From positions 24,056,001-24,120,000 of the forward strand of contig OZ038378.1 in NCBI GenBank assembly GCA_964036045.1: a stretch of 64,000 nucleotides of DNA, written 5' to 3'. Both the position numbers and the translations under genes were made by a program. The stretch is from Eutreptiella sp. 'Long Island Sound 2002' (taxonomy: Eukaryota; Protista; Euglenida). Every line of letters begins with the position of its first letter. Position 1 is the first letter of the stretch. This document shows, piece by piece, positions 10,800-23,231 of this stretch. The notes under the pieces are model-generated. The model did no database searches and was not told the origin of the DNA. It worked only from the letters and a program-made list of their open reading frames with translations.

Positions 10800-13630
10800 C
10801 AACACAATCCACACATGAGCAGGCGTTGAAGATCCACAAGCATTTATTGAACAAGTACAACATCTACCTCCCTGAGAGGATACCTGTACGTGTCCCAATC
10901 CCAGACAAGCATTCCTGCTGGCTCTGAGATCCGAGTTTGCACGCATGCTGGCGCAGAGTAGGCTCCCTGCTCCCCTGACTGCATGGCTGATCGCAAGTTT
11001 ATCTTGTATGCCGCAAAGGACACCAAAAGTTCACCAAGCGATACGCGGTGCACGCACACACATTGCCACGGGGGCTGTAGCGGAACAACTACAGCGTGAG
11101 GCCGGCACAACCGTCTCACTGAACGGCTTGACACTTGGCACCCTAATCCAGAAGACACCACACGTTATACGGAAGGAGGTACGACGCATTGAGCTGCCTC
11201 TGGACGCCATATGCCAATGCACACAACCGTCACAAAACTATCACATACCCAAGGGGCAGAACTAGCAGCACATTGTGCTCAGATCAACTGAGCAATGGGC
11301 CAGTTTCCACACCGAGCCGTCCCTGTTTACACAAAATGCACGAAACAGCACCCTCCCTTCTTAGTTGCACCTCACAAAATCGCTATGTGTGTTTGAAACT
11401 TCCATCAGACCAATACTCCACACCAGACACCCGGAATCCGACAGCAAGCCAGAGCATGCCGACAATCAGTGTGCTGCCATTTCCACAGAAATCACACAGA
11501 GAGCACGTGCGTTCATCGAGTCACACGGTATGCAGTACCCCTGTACGGCGGCACAAAATTTGCACACGGCACATACAAAATTGAAAGCATGGAATCTTGT
11601 GGCCACCCCATGGGATAAAAAACTGCACAAACTTGGGGGTTTCTGTACAGTGCTGTGCGAGACACATGTACAGAACGGAATCCTGTCTGCCAAGGAGTTC
11701 GATATTGTGGGTGTTAGCCCATCAGACTGGCAATGCCAGGCCATGGCATTGTCCCTGATTTTACAATCCGCACACAGGCACAGAATTTTGAAATTGCGTG
11801 AAGATCTGAATGTCCTGCACAGTGCATTACAGGACCCGCAGTACAGGACAGTGTACATTAGCAGGCACTGCATTCGAGAGACGCTGTGGGAAGTCCTACC
11901 CTTCCCTGACCTCCTGACACTCACCGCACCCAAGCGCCGCTCTGCCCCGCCAACCATCTTTGCATTACCGAAATGGAAGTTGCAGGAGATGATCAACTTC
12001 TTCCTCTGGAGAAACATCATTTCTTTTGCGAACCACCCCATAAAGCCGTTAGCTACAAAGGTTGGGCGATGTTTAACTCTAATGATTCGGGAAGTCAACA
12101 GCCTCTACCCTTACATGTCCCTACCCTCACTTGTCGGCGTCCGCGACATGTTTCTCTCACTCCTCACCTTGAGCAAAGGGCAGCAATGCACAGTGGTCAG
12201 GGAAAGGGATATGGATAATTGTTACTCGGAAATTCCCAAACAGAAAGCGCTCCAGGCAGTGGTGTACATAAAATCACTCATTACTGAGCAGGGCACGACA
12301 AGAGGAGAGCTGTGGTTCTCAGTGGCACGTGGAAACGACAGACACAGGGACGGACTGGGGAAGTCTGTTGACGATTTGTTTCACGTGATTTCTTTTGAAC
12401 AAGTGTATGAATACGTGGTATGGGAGTTATTGCACAACACCTGGTTCTGCATAGACAACATCCTGATGAGGCAAGGTGCTAAGGGAGTCCCCATAGGGGG
12501 CTTCCTTTCAGCGCAAATTATGATCCTCTATGCAATTGCGGTTGAGATACCCCTGATGAACCCAGAAGGTATGCAAAAGCACATGCGCACAGTCCAGCAG
12601 GTATGCAAGAAACGGCGACTCCCTCCCTTCAGTTTCACACCAGGCCCCAGCCTGACCTTCCAAAACCCTCCGGTAGTGCCAAAAAATCTCCATTTCTTCG
12701 AGGAGTATGGAATGCGCGGTTGGTTTGATCAAGAAAACAAAAAACTCGGTACCGTGACATTACAGGGTGTTACTTTTGGAATGCAGATGCTACAACTATG
12801 GGACTCACACCCGCAAGGCCGCTTTGGGTACATTGTTAATGCTGCCCCCAAGCGTGCCAGGCCATTGTTGAATACCCACTTCGCTCAGCTTAGCAACAAA
12901 TCAGCGATGCTTGCTGAGACTCAGTACCTGCAAGGTTGTTTACCTGGTGGATCCCACACAGGTACCCCCGTGCCAACAGTTCTGTTGTCCAAGTTCATGG
13001 ATAATGCCTACATAGGGTTAGTGGCTATCCCCGCAAACATGTGTGATGCTGTAGTACAGCTTGTTGAGGTGTTCCTTGACAGTTTATATAACATCCCAAT
13101 GAAGTGGGAACCACACGGGCCTGTAAATGACTGGTGTGAGTGCAGGGTAGTGACAGATCCTGAATTGGCCCTGCTTATGAAAGGTATTGCTTTCCAGCTG
13201 CCAGAAGAACCCAACCCGTCACCCGATGATGCCATTTGGGACAGATGGGTAGATGCAGCATCCCCCAACTGCCCATCGGTCGTCCAATCCATGATGCCTG
13301 CATTAAGTGACAAAGCATTGGTATACGCCTTCCACAATACCCACCGGCAAATAAACCTAGCGTCCATTGTGAGGGGATGTGGATATAAAGGCTATTGCAA
13401 AAGTTGGTGGTGGCCCTCTTTCAGGGCACGCATCCATGCTGCAGGTCTCAATACACTAATTCCAGCCAGGCTAATCACAAAATGGGTTGGGGAGGGTCGG
13501 GGTTTCAGGAGGTCTGTCGGGCCGGCTCGTGCTGCGCACTTCGCACCGGCCCTCCAGACCTCCTGATTTCTGATTTCTGTGTTTTCTGGTTTTCTGTTTC
13601 TTTTCTTTGCTTTTCTATTGTTGCTCTGAT
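10800..13630 (+). mobile_element. Penelope-like retroelement, 5'-decayed
   Basis: The RT frame continues upstream through two in-frame stops (11263, 11362) to ~10900 and includes a CxC...H linker (CQCTQPSQNYHIPKGQN*QHIVLR). A T-rich tail follows the stop codon. Boundaries are approximate. Confidence 0.7.
11365..13566 (+). CDS. Penelope-like reverse transcriptase (733-aa open portion)
   Basis: PLE-type motifs: PTIFALPKWK, WRNIISFANHP, RERDMDNCYSEIP (motif A, D at 12208), RQGAKGVPIGGFLSAQI (motif B), SKFMDN (motif C, 12994-13005). Confidence 0.85.
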   Translation: MHLTKSLCVFETSIRPILHTRHPESDSKPEHADNQCAAISTEITQRARAFIESHGMQYPCTAAQNLHTAHTKLKAWNLVATPWDKKLHKLGGFCTVLCETHVQNGILSAKEFDIVGVSPSDWQCQAMALSLILQSAHRHRILKLREDLNVLHSALQDPQYRTVYISRHCIRETLWEVLPFPDLLTLTAPKRRSAPPTIFALPKWKLQEMINFFLWRNIISFANHPIKPLATKVGRCLTLMIREVNSLYPYMSLPSLVGVRDMFLSLLTLSKGQQCTVVRERDMDNCYSEIPKQKALQAVVYIKSLITEQGTTRGELWFSVARGNDRHRDGLGKSVDDLFHVISFEQVYEYVVWELLHNTWFCIDNILMRQGAKGVPIGGFLSAQIMILYAIAVEIPLMNPEGMQKHMRTVQQVCKKRRLPPFSFTPGPSLTFQNPPVVPKNLHFFEEYGMRGWFDQENKKLGTVTLQGVTFGMQMLQLWDSHPQGRFGYIVNAAPKRARPLLNTHFAQLSNKSAMLAETQYLQGCLPGGSHTGTPVPTVLLSKFMDNAYIGLVAIPANMCDAVVQLVEVFLDSLYNIPMKWEPHGPVNDWCECRVVTDPELALLMKGIAFQLPEEPNPSPDDAIWDRWVDAASPNCPSVVQSMMPALSDKALVYAFHNTHRQINLASIVRGCGYKGYCKSWWWPSFRARIHAAGLNTLIPARLITKWVGEGRGFRRSVGPARAAHFAPALQTS

Positions 13631-13922
13631 GGTACACGCAGTGCCTGTGCTTGCCCTCAGGACTTTTCAGTGATCTGCACAGTGCCAGCATCTCCTTCCA
13701 CAACGCGCGCGACCGCTCGCGCCTGAAAAAACCCGCACAGGCCCGAATCGCCTGTTCAAAAGTGGCCTTTTTGACTGACCAGAGCATTCGGTGCACAAAA
13801 TGCGAATTTTCAAACAGCAATCTTATTTTTAAGACTAGTTTGAATTTCGAGCACCTTTAAGTCAGGGTTTCCAGGATGTCCGATGATCGCTGGTTGCGGC
13901 GCTGCAACATGTTTCTCCTCTC
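13630..13922 (-). repeat. Putative polypurine tract and 3' LTR start of the Ty3/gypsy element
   Basis: The minus strand reads GAGAGGAGAAACA then TGTTGCAGCG at 13909, downstream of pol. No second LTR is present to confirm it; the far end is a guess. Confidence 0.4.
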
Positions 13923-14654
13923 AGTCAGTTCAAAGCAGGAATTGGTTGTAAAGTAGGGTATTCAGCCGCCGAGGCCAGAGCCCCACGACAGGACCACCAA
14001 TCATGCAGTTGAGTGTGAACCAAACACAAGTAGCAATCCAGTGCTCAGTGAAAGCCAAAACTGTCCACCTGTTACGTTGCCTTTGGACAGGCGTTGTGAG
14101 GCATCCCCTGTGTGCGGGCTCTGCCATTCATACACTGACGATCCAGTGCTTGCCTGCTTGTCTGTGTTGAAGGATTGACTAGGTATCGTCTCCAGAGTCT
14201 TAAAAGCCCGTCGACGGTGGTTGATTGGATAGTGAGCCATCCGTCTACTTGTACGAGCTAATGTAACACAAATTCCCAGGAGATCTGTCAAACACATGAA
14301 ATCAGTCACCAACTGTCATGTGCAAGAATATCACACATGGAGAGTGAAATTGGACAAACCGCTGCCAGGTCGTGTAGAGGGACCCAGCTAGCAGCTGGAC
14401 ACGCTAGTGTCATCGTGGCTCGAGTTGACGGTGTTTCCAAGCAATTAGATTCCCATCATCTAGCATTTTGAAAATGATCCACATGATGGACATGATGAGC
14501 ATGAGGAACATGATGACCAGAATAAGTCCAGAATGTCCCATCATCTGTTCAGCGAACCAGTTGTCGACTGCAGCGGAGCCGTTTTGTCCCTGAGCCACCA
14601 GGGGTATATGGGGGCGGAAACTTTTTGGTGACTTTTCGGCGACGTGAATTGGCC

Positions 14655-17600
14655 TCACATCTTGTCACAGATGGGTCTTGCCACAATTGAAGCATATTCT
14701 TCATCTTGCAAGTCCTCGTTAGTGACACAATGCTTGGGTAGAGAGCTTTCGCGGTCGATCTCATGGTTTTTCTTGAGGAGCTTGATGAAAGTGTCCGCAT
14801 ACCCGTGTATATCTTCTTCTTGTCTATACCCTCTCCATCTGCAGAGAAAGCACCACTTGTTCGGAGCATCTTTCTTGGAGTCAAGAATCCCGCCCAATTC
14901 AAGATTGCTCATGGCCATCTTTTGGTCACTCAGCTACTTTGAGGTCCATTACAGCGGCTTGTATGCGCCCTTGGGGCATGGAAGCTCGGCCTCCAACAGT
15001 CCTAAATCTACTTCCTGGAATCTCTTTGGTTCAAGTTGAGTTTTGCAAGTATTCACTTAGTTGACTTTGAACCCGGAATGGGCCTTCCCAAAGTGGCAAC
15101 AACTTGTTGTTCTCCTTCAAAATGTTGCCTGACTTACAAAGCCACACTTGTTGGCCCTTCATGAAGGACTTTCTTTGTGTTCCCGATCGACTCTCAAACT
15201 CCACCCAATCTGCTAGACTCTCCAGTTTGCATCACCAGTTGGGATCCACTTGGAATCTAGTTGCCTGATCGTTTCCAGCAATTTTGAGGCGCCGTGGCAC
15301 TGCGCTGGCTTGAAGACAACTGGTCCAGGACCCATCTTCACGCGGCCAAAAGCCAATTTGTTCGCACTGAGGCCGTTATGATTCTTGGTTCCATGGTAGC
15401 GCCTGATGACACACTAAATTGATTCCAATCAATTGTAGTCTTTTTCAGGAGCCAAGAAATTTCTCCGAATGTTTATGATACATTGTCCAGCCCTCTCAGC
15501 AGGAAGCGCTCCATGATCGTAGACTCCGGCAGGGAGTGGTGCACTCCCAATAAGGCACACATGTTCTCCCACCAGGTCGCAATAAATTCTTTCCCACTGT
15601 CGGTAAGGATCTCACTTGGTACATCCCAATTACTCATTCACTGACTCGCAGTCCACTTGGCAGCCATCTCAGAGGTAGGATGCTTGGTTTGGCAAGGGAG
15701 GACCTGGATGTAGGCACTATGGCGGTCTTGAATTCACAGAGCCCCATCGATTGGCTTCTTCCCGTAGAGACGTTGCTCGTGGCTTTGTCCCAACTCGAAG
15801 ACATCCGCCGTCACCTTGTCGAACAGCCTCTGTGGAATTAACAGTCCTTTCACCAGTCCTTGTGCCTTTTGATTCTTGGAGGTTGGCGACTGACATTGCT
15901 TGCATCCGTTAGTGACTCGGTCTCAGGCACCTCTGCAGTGTACGGTATACACACGGTGTTGAAGCTCCTGCTCCAGAACCCAAGAATGTGCATGAGATGC
16001 CTCATTCCGGTGCCAATACTTGACATATCTGTCAGAACCCAAGAATGTGCATGAGATGCCTCCTTCCGGTGCCAATACTTGACATATCGGTCAATCAGAC
16101 AATCAGGAACACATCTGTCCTTGCCAAAATCACTTGTTGCCCTGCAGCACTAACATCAATTGGAGCTGCGCCAGCCAGGGGGGGGGGGGGGGGGAAGGGG
16201 GGGGGGTTTCGGCCAGCCGGCCTACCCGCGCCACAGTCAGCCAGCCACCTAGCCAGCCACCTAGCCAACCACCATTGCTTTGTACATGCATGTTTGCCTC
16301 ACCGCCCTTGCTCTCAAGATCTCAAGATGATGTCGCCGATCCATTGAGTGTGTGGTAAAATTGTGTGGATGGTAAATATTTCAAATTGAGGACAATTGTG
16401 TACTTTGAGGTTTACATCGGTAACAACAACATTTGCAGTTGAACATAAGTCTAATGCGGTGATTCTATGTTTTGTGTTTTTGGTCTGTATGGGAGGTTCC
16501 GAAGGCAAGGCAACTTGGAGTATGAGGTAAGGATGTTCTTGAAAGGTGGCCGACCCCCCCCCCCCACCCTTGCAAACCCATCCCCATACCCATACCATGT
16601 CTAAGAAGAGGCGGTACAATGGCTACGTATTTTGGCTGTTTTCCGGGGGCGCGCGCGCCAGCCAGCCAGCCAGCCAGGGGGGGGGGGGTTTCCAAAGCCT
16701 CCCAGCCACCCAGCCGCGGCTAGGCGCAGCTCCATTGTGTCCTTTGATTAGTAAGGCTTTCCCCCTTGTAGCTTTTGATACACAGGTTCAAAGCACCTGT
16801 CATCCTTGTACATCTTGGTCCAATCCACGCACAGAGGTGACATTTCTTTGTCAGGAGAGTAGATTTCGCCTTGGATCTTGTTAATGGGAAGGCATTCAAG
16901 AGCGCCAGGGACGACTCAGAGTCAGAATTTACTTACCTGTTGTTCTGTCTTAGTAATCTCGTTGCATCTGACGACTTCTATTTTTTTTATTTTTCAACGC
17001 CCATAGAAGACAATGCTTCTTGATTAGTGCTTGTTCCTCCTTCACCTCCGAGTATGCCTCTGACACTAGATAAGCCGAGCAGCTCATGGCATCTGCTACA
17101 GTATTGTAGCGGCCCGGAATGTAGGTGACATGTAAGTCAAATTTGCTGAGGTACTCCTGCCATTGGTCTCTTCTCCAAGCTCAACCTTAAGGGGTGTCCA
17201 CATACTCCGTTCTCCAGCTTTCCGGGGACTTATCGTCGGTCACTACTTTAAATGCTGGCCCATTATCCACCCTTGGTAGCGCCTCGACGTGCAGAGAATG
17301 GCGTAGGCTTCTTGTTCCCTTGGGCTCCAATTTGCTGCCTTGTTGTAATCTAGCGAGAAGAAAAAGCCAAGGGATGATGGTGACCTTTGTCGTCAACTTG
17401 TTCAATGGTTGCTCCAATGGTGTAACAACACGCGTGTGTACAGATATAGAAAGGTCTTTCATCCAGCCCTGGAATCTTCATCCTAACCACATTTGCCAAG
17501 GCCTCCTTGAGACCAAGGAATGCTTCCACACATTCTGGTGTCGGCTTGAGCTTCACTTGAGACCCTTTCCTTCCTTCACTTTGCCAACGTGGGGTAGTTC

Positions 17601-17710
17601 GGTCATCACTACGAGCGTCGAGAGCTACGATAAATTGGAGACTTGTGCTGTCTCCCCTCCTTTGGCTCATGCTGACGACCACCTAAGTGAGATTGCCGGC
17701 GTAATACCAC
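14655..17710 (-). pseudogene. Decayed Ty3/gypsy pol: RT thumb, RNase H, integrase, chromodomain
   Basis: EAFLGLKEAL..RPFYICT..IGATIEQ..HPLAFSSR (RT connection/RNase H); CKQC; LLIPQRLFDKVTADVF and ILTDSGKEF (integrase); LGGILDSKKDAPNKWCFLCRWRGYRQEED (chromodomain, ~14700-14900). Many stops; 60-bp tandem duplication at ~15975-16092. Confidence 0.85.
16162..16733. mobile_element. MITE (572 bp) with 3-bp ATT TSD inserted in gypsy pol
   Basis: TIR GGAGCTGCGCC (16162-16172 / 16723-16733); ATT at 16159-16161 and 16734-16736. Confidence 0.75.
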
Positions 17711-17715
17711 CGGTG

Positions 17716-18522
17716 AACCCGGAGGTGTTGACCCTGAAACACAATGCCTTCCTAGCACAACTGCTTCTGGAAGAGGTGGACCTTGACTCCACCAGTGTTG
17801 GGTCCCGCGACCATACTATTCTTTCTATGCCACCCTCCCATGGTCCTACAGGTAAGGTTCCTGGCACTAAACCCTCTCCCAACAATATGCCCGTCTCCGA
17901 ACGTGACGTCCAGAACCTGCAACGGGTACTGTGGGCAAAAGCTGAGGGTATTAAGCGCCGAACTCGCCTAGACCTCGTGAAGAGGATCCGGAAATCCTCC
18001 ATCTGGTCAGAGGACGACGATGAAGAATACACCCTCCCCGATCCTGCGACTCCACTGGTGTACTCTCTCAACTAAACTCAGCAGGGTCATCATGGATGGG
18101 ACAATGATGAATTGCCCCCCGAAATAGTGGGGCAAATGAAAAAACAAGAATGAGGGAGAAGCAACCTCCATGTTGAGGAAGACTTCTCTGAAAAACTTGA
18201 GAGCCTGAATCTTGACCCTCGTCTGACTAACCTCATCAAGAAGTATCAAGTGGTGTTCGGAGCGTTGCCCCCACCTCTCTCTTGTAGGAAAGTGGTCCCG
18301 ATGGACCTCAAACTCAAACCTGAGGTTGAAGGGTCGGTAGTGAGGTGTCGTCCCTACCCTACCCCACGGGACCAGATCGACGAGATCGAACGCGAGATCC
18401 AGGAATGTATAGATGCGCTGGCCTCGTCGAGGAGGGTAAACACCGGGACTATCCCCGCAGTTGTAGTCCTTGTTTTCCTGTAACCAAGGCAAGATCCACC
18501 GCAATGCGCTTGGTTGTAGATA
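17716..18522 (+). pseudogene. Ty3/gypsy pol N-terminal RT fragment in the opposite orientation
   Basis: LTNLIKKYQVVFG..RCRPYPTPRDQIDEIEREIQECID / GLVEEG..SCSPCFPVTK..MRLVVD (RT motifs 1-2), cut off by the satellite at 18523. Confidence 0.75.
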
Positions 18523-19100
18523 TTGATCGCGTACCCTCTAGCCCAGTGTACAGCCCACGCGATGAATCCTTGGAGGGTCTACACCCGCCAAGGATTGATC
18601 GCATCCACTTTAGACTAGTGTGGAACGCATGCGATGAATCCTTGAAGGGTCTACACCCTCCAAGGATTCATCGCATCCCCTCTAGACAAGTGTAGAACCC
18701 ATGCGATGAATCAATGGAGGGTCTACACCCTGCGAGGATTCATCGCATCCACTTTACACTAGTGCAGAACCCACGCAATGAATCCCTGAAGGGTCTACAC
18801 CCTCCAAGGATTCATCGCATTCCCTCTAGACTAGTGTACAAGCCATGCGATGAATCCTTGGAGGGTCTACACCCTCCAAGGATTCATCGCATCCACTTTA
18901 GACTAGTGTAGGACGTATGCGATGAATCCGTGAAGGGTCTACACCCATCCAAGATTCATCGCATGGCTTCCACGCTAGTCCACAGTGGATTCATTGCATC
19001 CACTTTGGACTAGCGTGGAACGCATGCGATTAATCCTTGAAGGGTCTACAGCCCCCAAGGATTCATCGCATCCACTTTCGACTAGTGTGGAACCAATGCA
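18523..19100. repeat. 72-bp palindromic minisatellite array (~8 units)
   Basis: GATGAATC-type motif at 18561, 18633, 18705, 18777, 18849, 18921. Each unit holds a ~19-bp-stem hairpin, GCGATGAATCCTTGGAGGG-TCTACA-CCCTCCAAGGATTCATCGC. Confidence 0.95.
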
Positions 19101-19129
19101 ATAGTGCTCCTCACCACAGGGAACAATGT

Positions 19130-22100
19130 TAAGCTCACGTAGCACCCACCTGACAAGCAACATGGGGATACTGCGTTTTAGTGCTTTCTGTGTATAAGAG
19201 ACATAGTTGGGCACCTTACTAGGCAGGTGGTTGGGAACAGCATTCACACATGTGTGCCCAGAAAACCGCTGCACATAGTGCGTGCCTTCAACGTCATACC
19301 ATGTACAGTAACAAACTGCTCAGCACTGGTGGCCTCTGGGTCCCTGAATTGCTCCATAGCAAACTTAACGGACGCTTGTTTCCTAGCAAACATTAGGGGT
19401 GTGTTCTTCTCCAATGCGCTGTAACCAGTAGGGGATGCACATCAGCGTCACTCACATTGTCCGCCACATCAACCACGATCTAAAGTAAATGGTAGAAAGC
19501 AGACTAGATAACTGAAAAAGAAACTGGAAAACGAACCATTGGTGTGCCTTAGATACCATGCTGCAGTTTAGCGCACCCAATTTTTGTGCCACAGGTTTAC
19601 TAGGAAGAACAGAGGCAATGGAAACTTGCTGCTTGTACCCCTCTCCCAATGCCAGAGTCCTCTCCTTGTCCTCAGCAGATGAGATCAATGCAGGTCGGGG
19701 AACAGGCTTTGCCTTGATAATAAGAAAAGATTCCCACTCTGCGGCGGACCAGATCGGAGTTTTGAAAATTGCATCCCAGCTTGGCCATTGATTGGACTGC
19801 GACCACACCCCCTTACCCAAATACACCTTGTTGGCACCAGGCTTGTCTTTGAGCAGACGCTTTACCTCCTCAAGCTCCTCATGATTACCTAAGGCATCAC
19901 AGTTCAGCAGAACCGACCGCCCATTAAAAAACGAAAAAGTGCTGCAGTATTGTAACATACATCTAGATTCATGCAGGATTGGTTCTCCGGATGCAAAAAC
20001 ACCAGGTCCCACGTGCGATCCCTTTTTATTGCGCACAGCAGGGCAAAAATACCACAAGCAGTACACCCTATCGAATTCATGTACGACAAGATATCACCAA
20101 TGGAATGATGATCAATACCCCTAATGCGCCTCATTGCAAAGGAGGTAACATCTGTCATACGAGAGGGAAATTCAATGAATCATGTAAAAAGTGGGCTGCA
20201 GTGCGTAAACGTCGGTAAACATGGAAAAATCGTCATACTCTCATGATCTTCTGCTTCAAATGCATCAACACTTGGACCTGCACAGTCGCCAGTCCAATCC
20301 ATAAAAATCACGAATGGTTTCCAATTTTTCAAGAGGGTATCCCGTGTCACTTTCCATGTCTACAACAAACTCGCACCGGGTGGTACAAAAACGGTACCAA
20401 CGACACAGGCAGAGACACACCGCATTAGTGGAGAACCCAAGCTTGCCCCATTGCGCACAGCTGTAATTAAAGCTGATTTTTCGTCGTCCGTGGCCCGCAT
20501 CTCGCCGACCAAAGAACAACAGACTTGGCCCATGCTCAGACTCGTAGTGGCATGATGTATAACATTGTGGTCACCAAAAATTTGCTGTCGTGTTTGTAGA
20601 CCACACTCCGTAATAATAACCTCAACTGACACATGGCTCAACCACTCCGGTACCCCTTTGCCGGTCCTCACAACCTCCTTCCACATATCCACCAGGGCAG
20701 ATGACACATGCTGGCCCCCAAGGACCCAGTAGTTACCGGCTAAAAGAAACAGTGAGTGCCAAGGATCAGTGAACAACAAAAGTGGGCTGCAGCGCAAACC
20801 GTGAACGAATCAGTGTGCGAGACATCACAATAATTAAAGCAGCATACGAACCAGCATCCAACCAGCATAGTATAGTAATAGGACGAGTGGGGGGATTGGC
20901 CTCCAAGTTCTCCGGTCGCATTTGTACCACTTTCGTGTCACGGGTTCTGATCTGACCATGAACCAAGGTATCATCAAATCTCAGGTTGGACACTGGCACT
21001 TTTTGTAGCTCCTTGTGTACCTATTTCCCACGGAGGTCCTCATTAACTAACAAATCGTACTTTCTAGTCAATGAAGCCTTTTTAGGAATGCTATCCGGCG
21101 GCTTGGGCACAACCTGGCTCAGTGTGCGGTCACCATTGCTAGCAGGCTCGGAAATTGCGGGGGAATCAGTGGGTCCATCAATCCACATTACAAGACAGTA
21201 TTCTTAAAAGAAGGCAAATGACAGTGTGGTAAACTGGACTCGGGTCAAAAACAGGCAACAACCATAGTGAAAAACATATTCTGGTTCCCATGCAGCTCCC
21301 TAACCTGCAGCCCGGGTACCCCCTCAAAACTCTTCAATTGCGATACCACGAGCATCCAGGTCCATCAAAACGTGTGTGTCAAAACTTTCACCCAACAGCA
21401 CAAGGTCAGGTGCACTCTCATCAGACTCAACACTCATGACCCCCTGTTGCAACGCTACCCCTCGACCACGGCAGCCCCCCCCCCCATTTCCGCGTGCACC
21501 CCGCTGCACCTAACGGACACGGGCTCTAGCAACAACCTGCCGCCCCCCATCCTCCCCCTTGGAACCCTGGGCTGTCACACAGCGCCGCAGAGCATGCCTC
21601 CGGTCAAGCAGATCTGCAATCATGCGAATATGATTGTCCCTTTGTCCTGCTGTTCGAAGGGGGACGTGAGCATCCAAAGTGGCAGTCAACTCGTCACTGA
21701 CGTCCCTGGGGGTGACCACTGTTTGCAAACACTTCAAAGCAACGTCGGAAAAATGGGACTCGGGGATGGGTTGTGACAGCGGCGGCGGAATATGAAAATC
21801 CTCAGGCCAGACCCAAGAAACCGCAACCTTTGCCATTTGCGCGCTGCACCGCGCAAATGGCACAACATCCTGCCTGATTGCTTGTATCAGCGCCCTCACA
21901 TTCCACTCAACATGGGGAACAGTGCCACCGGGGCCACTGGACATCAGCCTGTCACGCTCCGCGGTGCTAGCACTTGCAACCAGCAGATACTCGTCAAAAC
22001 ACTGCTAAAACGTGGTTGCACCCGCGTTGCACGCAAGGCTATGCGGAACCCGACTCAACAATGCCTCACATAGTTCCTCCTGGAACGCTTCTGGAAGCAG

Positions 22101-22620
22101 ACCCTCATACCACTGCGACCAAAGCAACCCGCCAACCATTATTGAACAAACGTACCTGATCTTATGCTCGTGGAGCATTCTAGGGTGCATTCTTATGTGC
22201 AGGGACCTATCCAGAACATCGCGCGCAGTTCGGCCAAGACCGCCGGCCCGGTAACAGTCACCAACCTACATCCCAACTAGAAAGAGCGCAGGTACGTACC
22301 CATACAACAGGTGCTTTAACGCGGTGAGTTGCAATAATTGCAGTTCAGTGGCAACAAGGTGCGGCCGGACCCATCTAGAAATCGCCATAAACTGCAGATT
22401 CAGCATATCTCGTACCTTATCCGCAACCACAAGGAGGGAGGCAAACAGTCTTTCCTTGAAGATCAGTTTGCGTGCTGTTGGTATCTCATGTCCTACAAGA
22501 ATGTGCGTGTGCAGCTTGGCCACTTGTATTGGTTGTGTCCACACCATGCCCGAGTCGGACACAAGACCAATATGAAAGGACGCAGCTGAGTCCTCGGCAC
22601 AGTTTGACACCGCTACCACC
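19130..22620 (-). pseudogene. Long degenerate reading frame(s) of unknown family
   Basis: ORFs 22266-22619, 21510-21944, 20360-20797, 19904-20158 and 19452-20066 are protein-like, collinear on the minus strand and partly in one frame (20797 and 20158), separated by isolated stops or frameshifts. No family was recognised. Confidence 0.4.
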
Positions 22621-22760
22621 TTGGTCTGCTCTTCCGGCTCGTGCTATCAGTACCTCCCACTGCCTTACCTTTCCAACGTTCGTTGGCTAGTTGCTTCCAC
22701 TACTTACTGCTTAGGAAGAGGTTTGCGCTGGCATAAATGAGGGTGGAGTACATCCGAAAG

Positions 22761-23231
22761 CTAGCACCCACCACAAATACCCACATGGTACGCCCACAAC
22801 CGGGTAGTTCGGGAGGACAAGGGACAAATAGGTGCATGTAAGCCATCAATGGTACCAAAGTTGTCCATGGTCCCTAAACCTTCCAATGCCGTACAAATAG
22901 GCACCTTCATGGGACGCGGCCCGCACGTAAGGGCCGAACCTAGGAAGGTTTGCGTAGGGCGGGGGGGGGCACAGTGCACCAATTTAGGACAATTCATGTA
23001 ACTCCAACTGGGTGGGCCTTGCACTGCCTCAATGAGTGTCGCGGCCACCCTAGGGAAGCGGAAATCCTCGGCCGTATCGAAGACACGGGCCACGAACAAG
23101 GTAAGCCGTTTAACCAGGACCCAAGGCGTACAACGTAGCTCCGCTGATAGCCAACTCAAGTCGGGGGTGCAGGCCCTAAGGACCTCAAGGAACAGGGTCG
23201 TCAGACACCTCACACCCCCTCCCCTTCCCAC
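22761..23231 (-). pseudogene. Possible PIF/Harbinger (DDE_Tnp_4) transposase fragment
   Basis: Only one motif: DNFGTIDGLHAPICPLS resembles the GAIDGTHIPI first-Asp motif. Later motifs were not found. Confidence 0.3.

Noticed and set aside
13566-13860. Hammerhead ribozyme or pseudo-LTR of the Penelope-like element
   Set aside because: No CTGANGA...GAAA core was found by eye and no matching repeat lies upstream; a covariance search would be needed to exclude it.
18523-19100. CRISPR array (palindromic repeat plus spacer); same for 34236-34962
   Set aside because: The linkers are variants of one sequence rather than unique spacers, no cas genes are present, and the context is eukaryotic.
19452-20240. 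Cytosine DNA methyltransferase (FSFFNG as motif I, FPC as motif IV)
   Set aside because: The motifs occur in the wrong order and no ENV motif was found.
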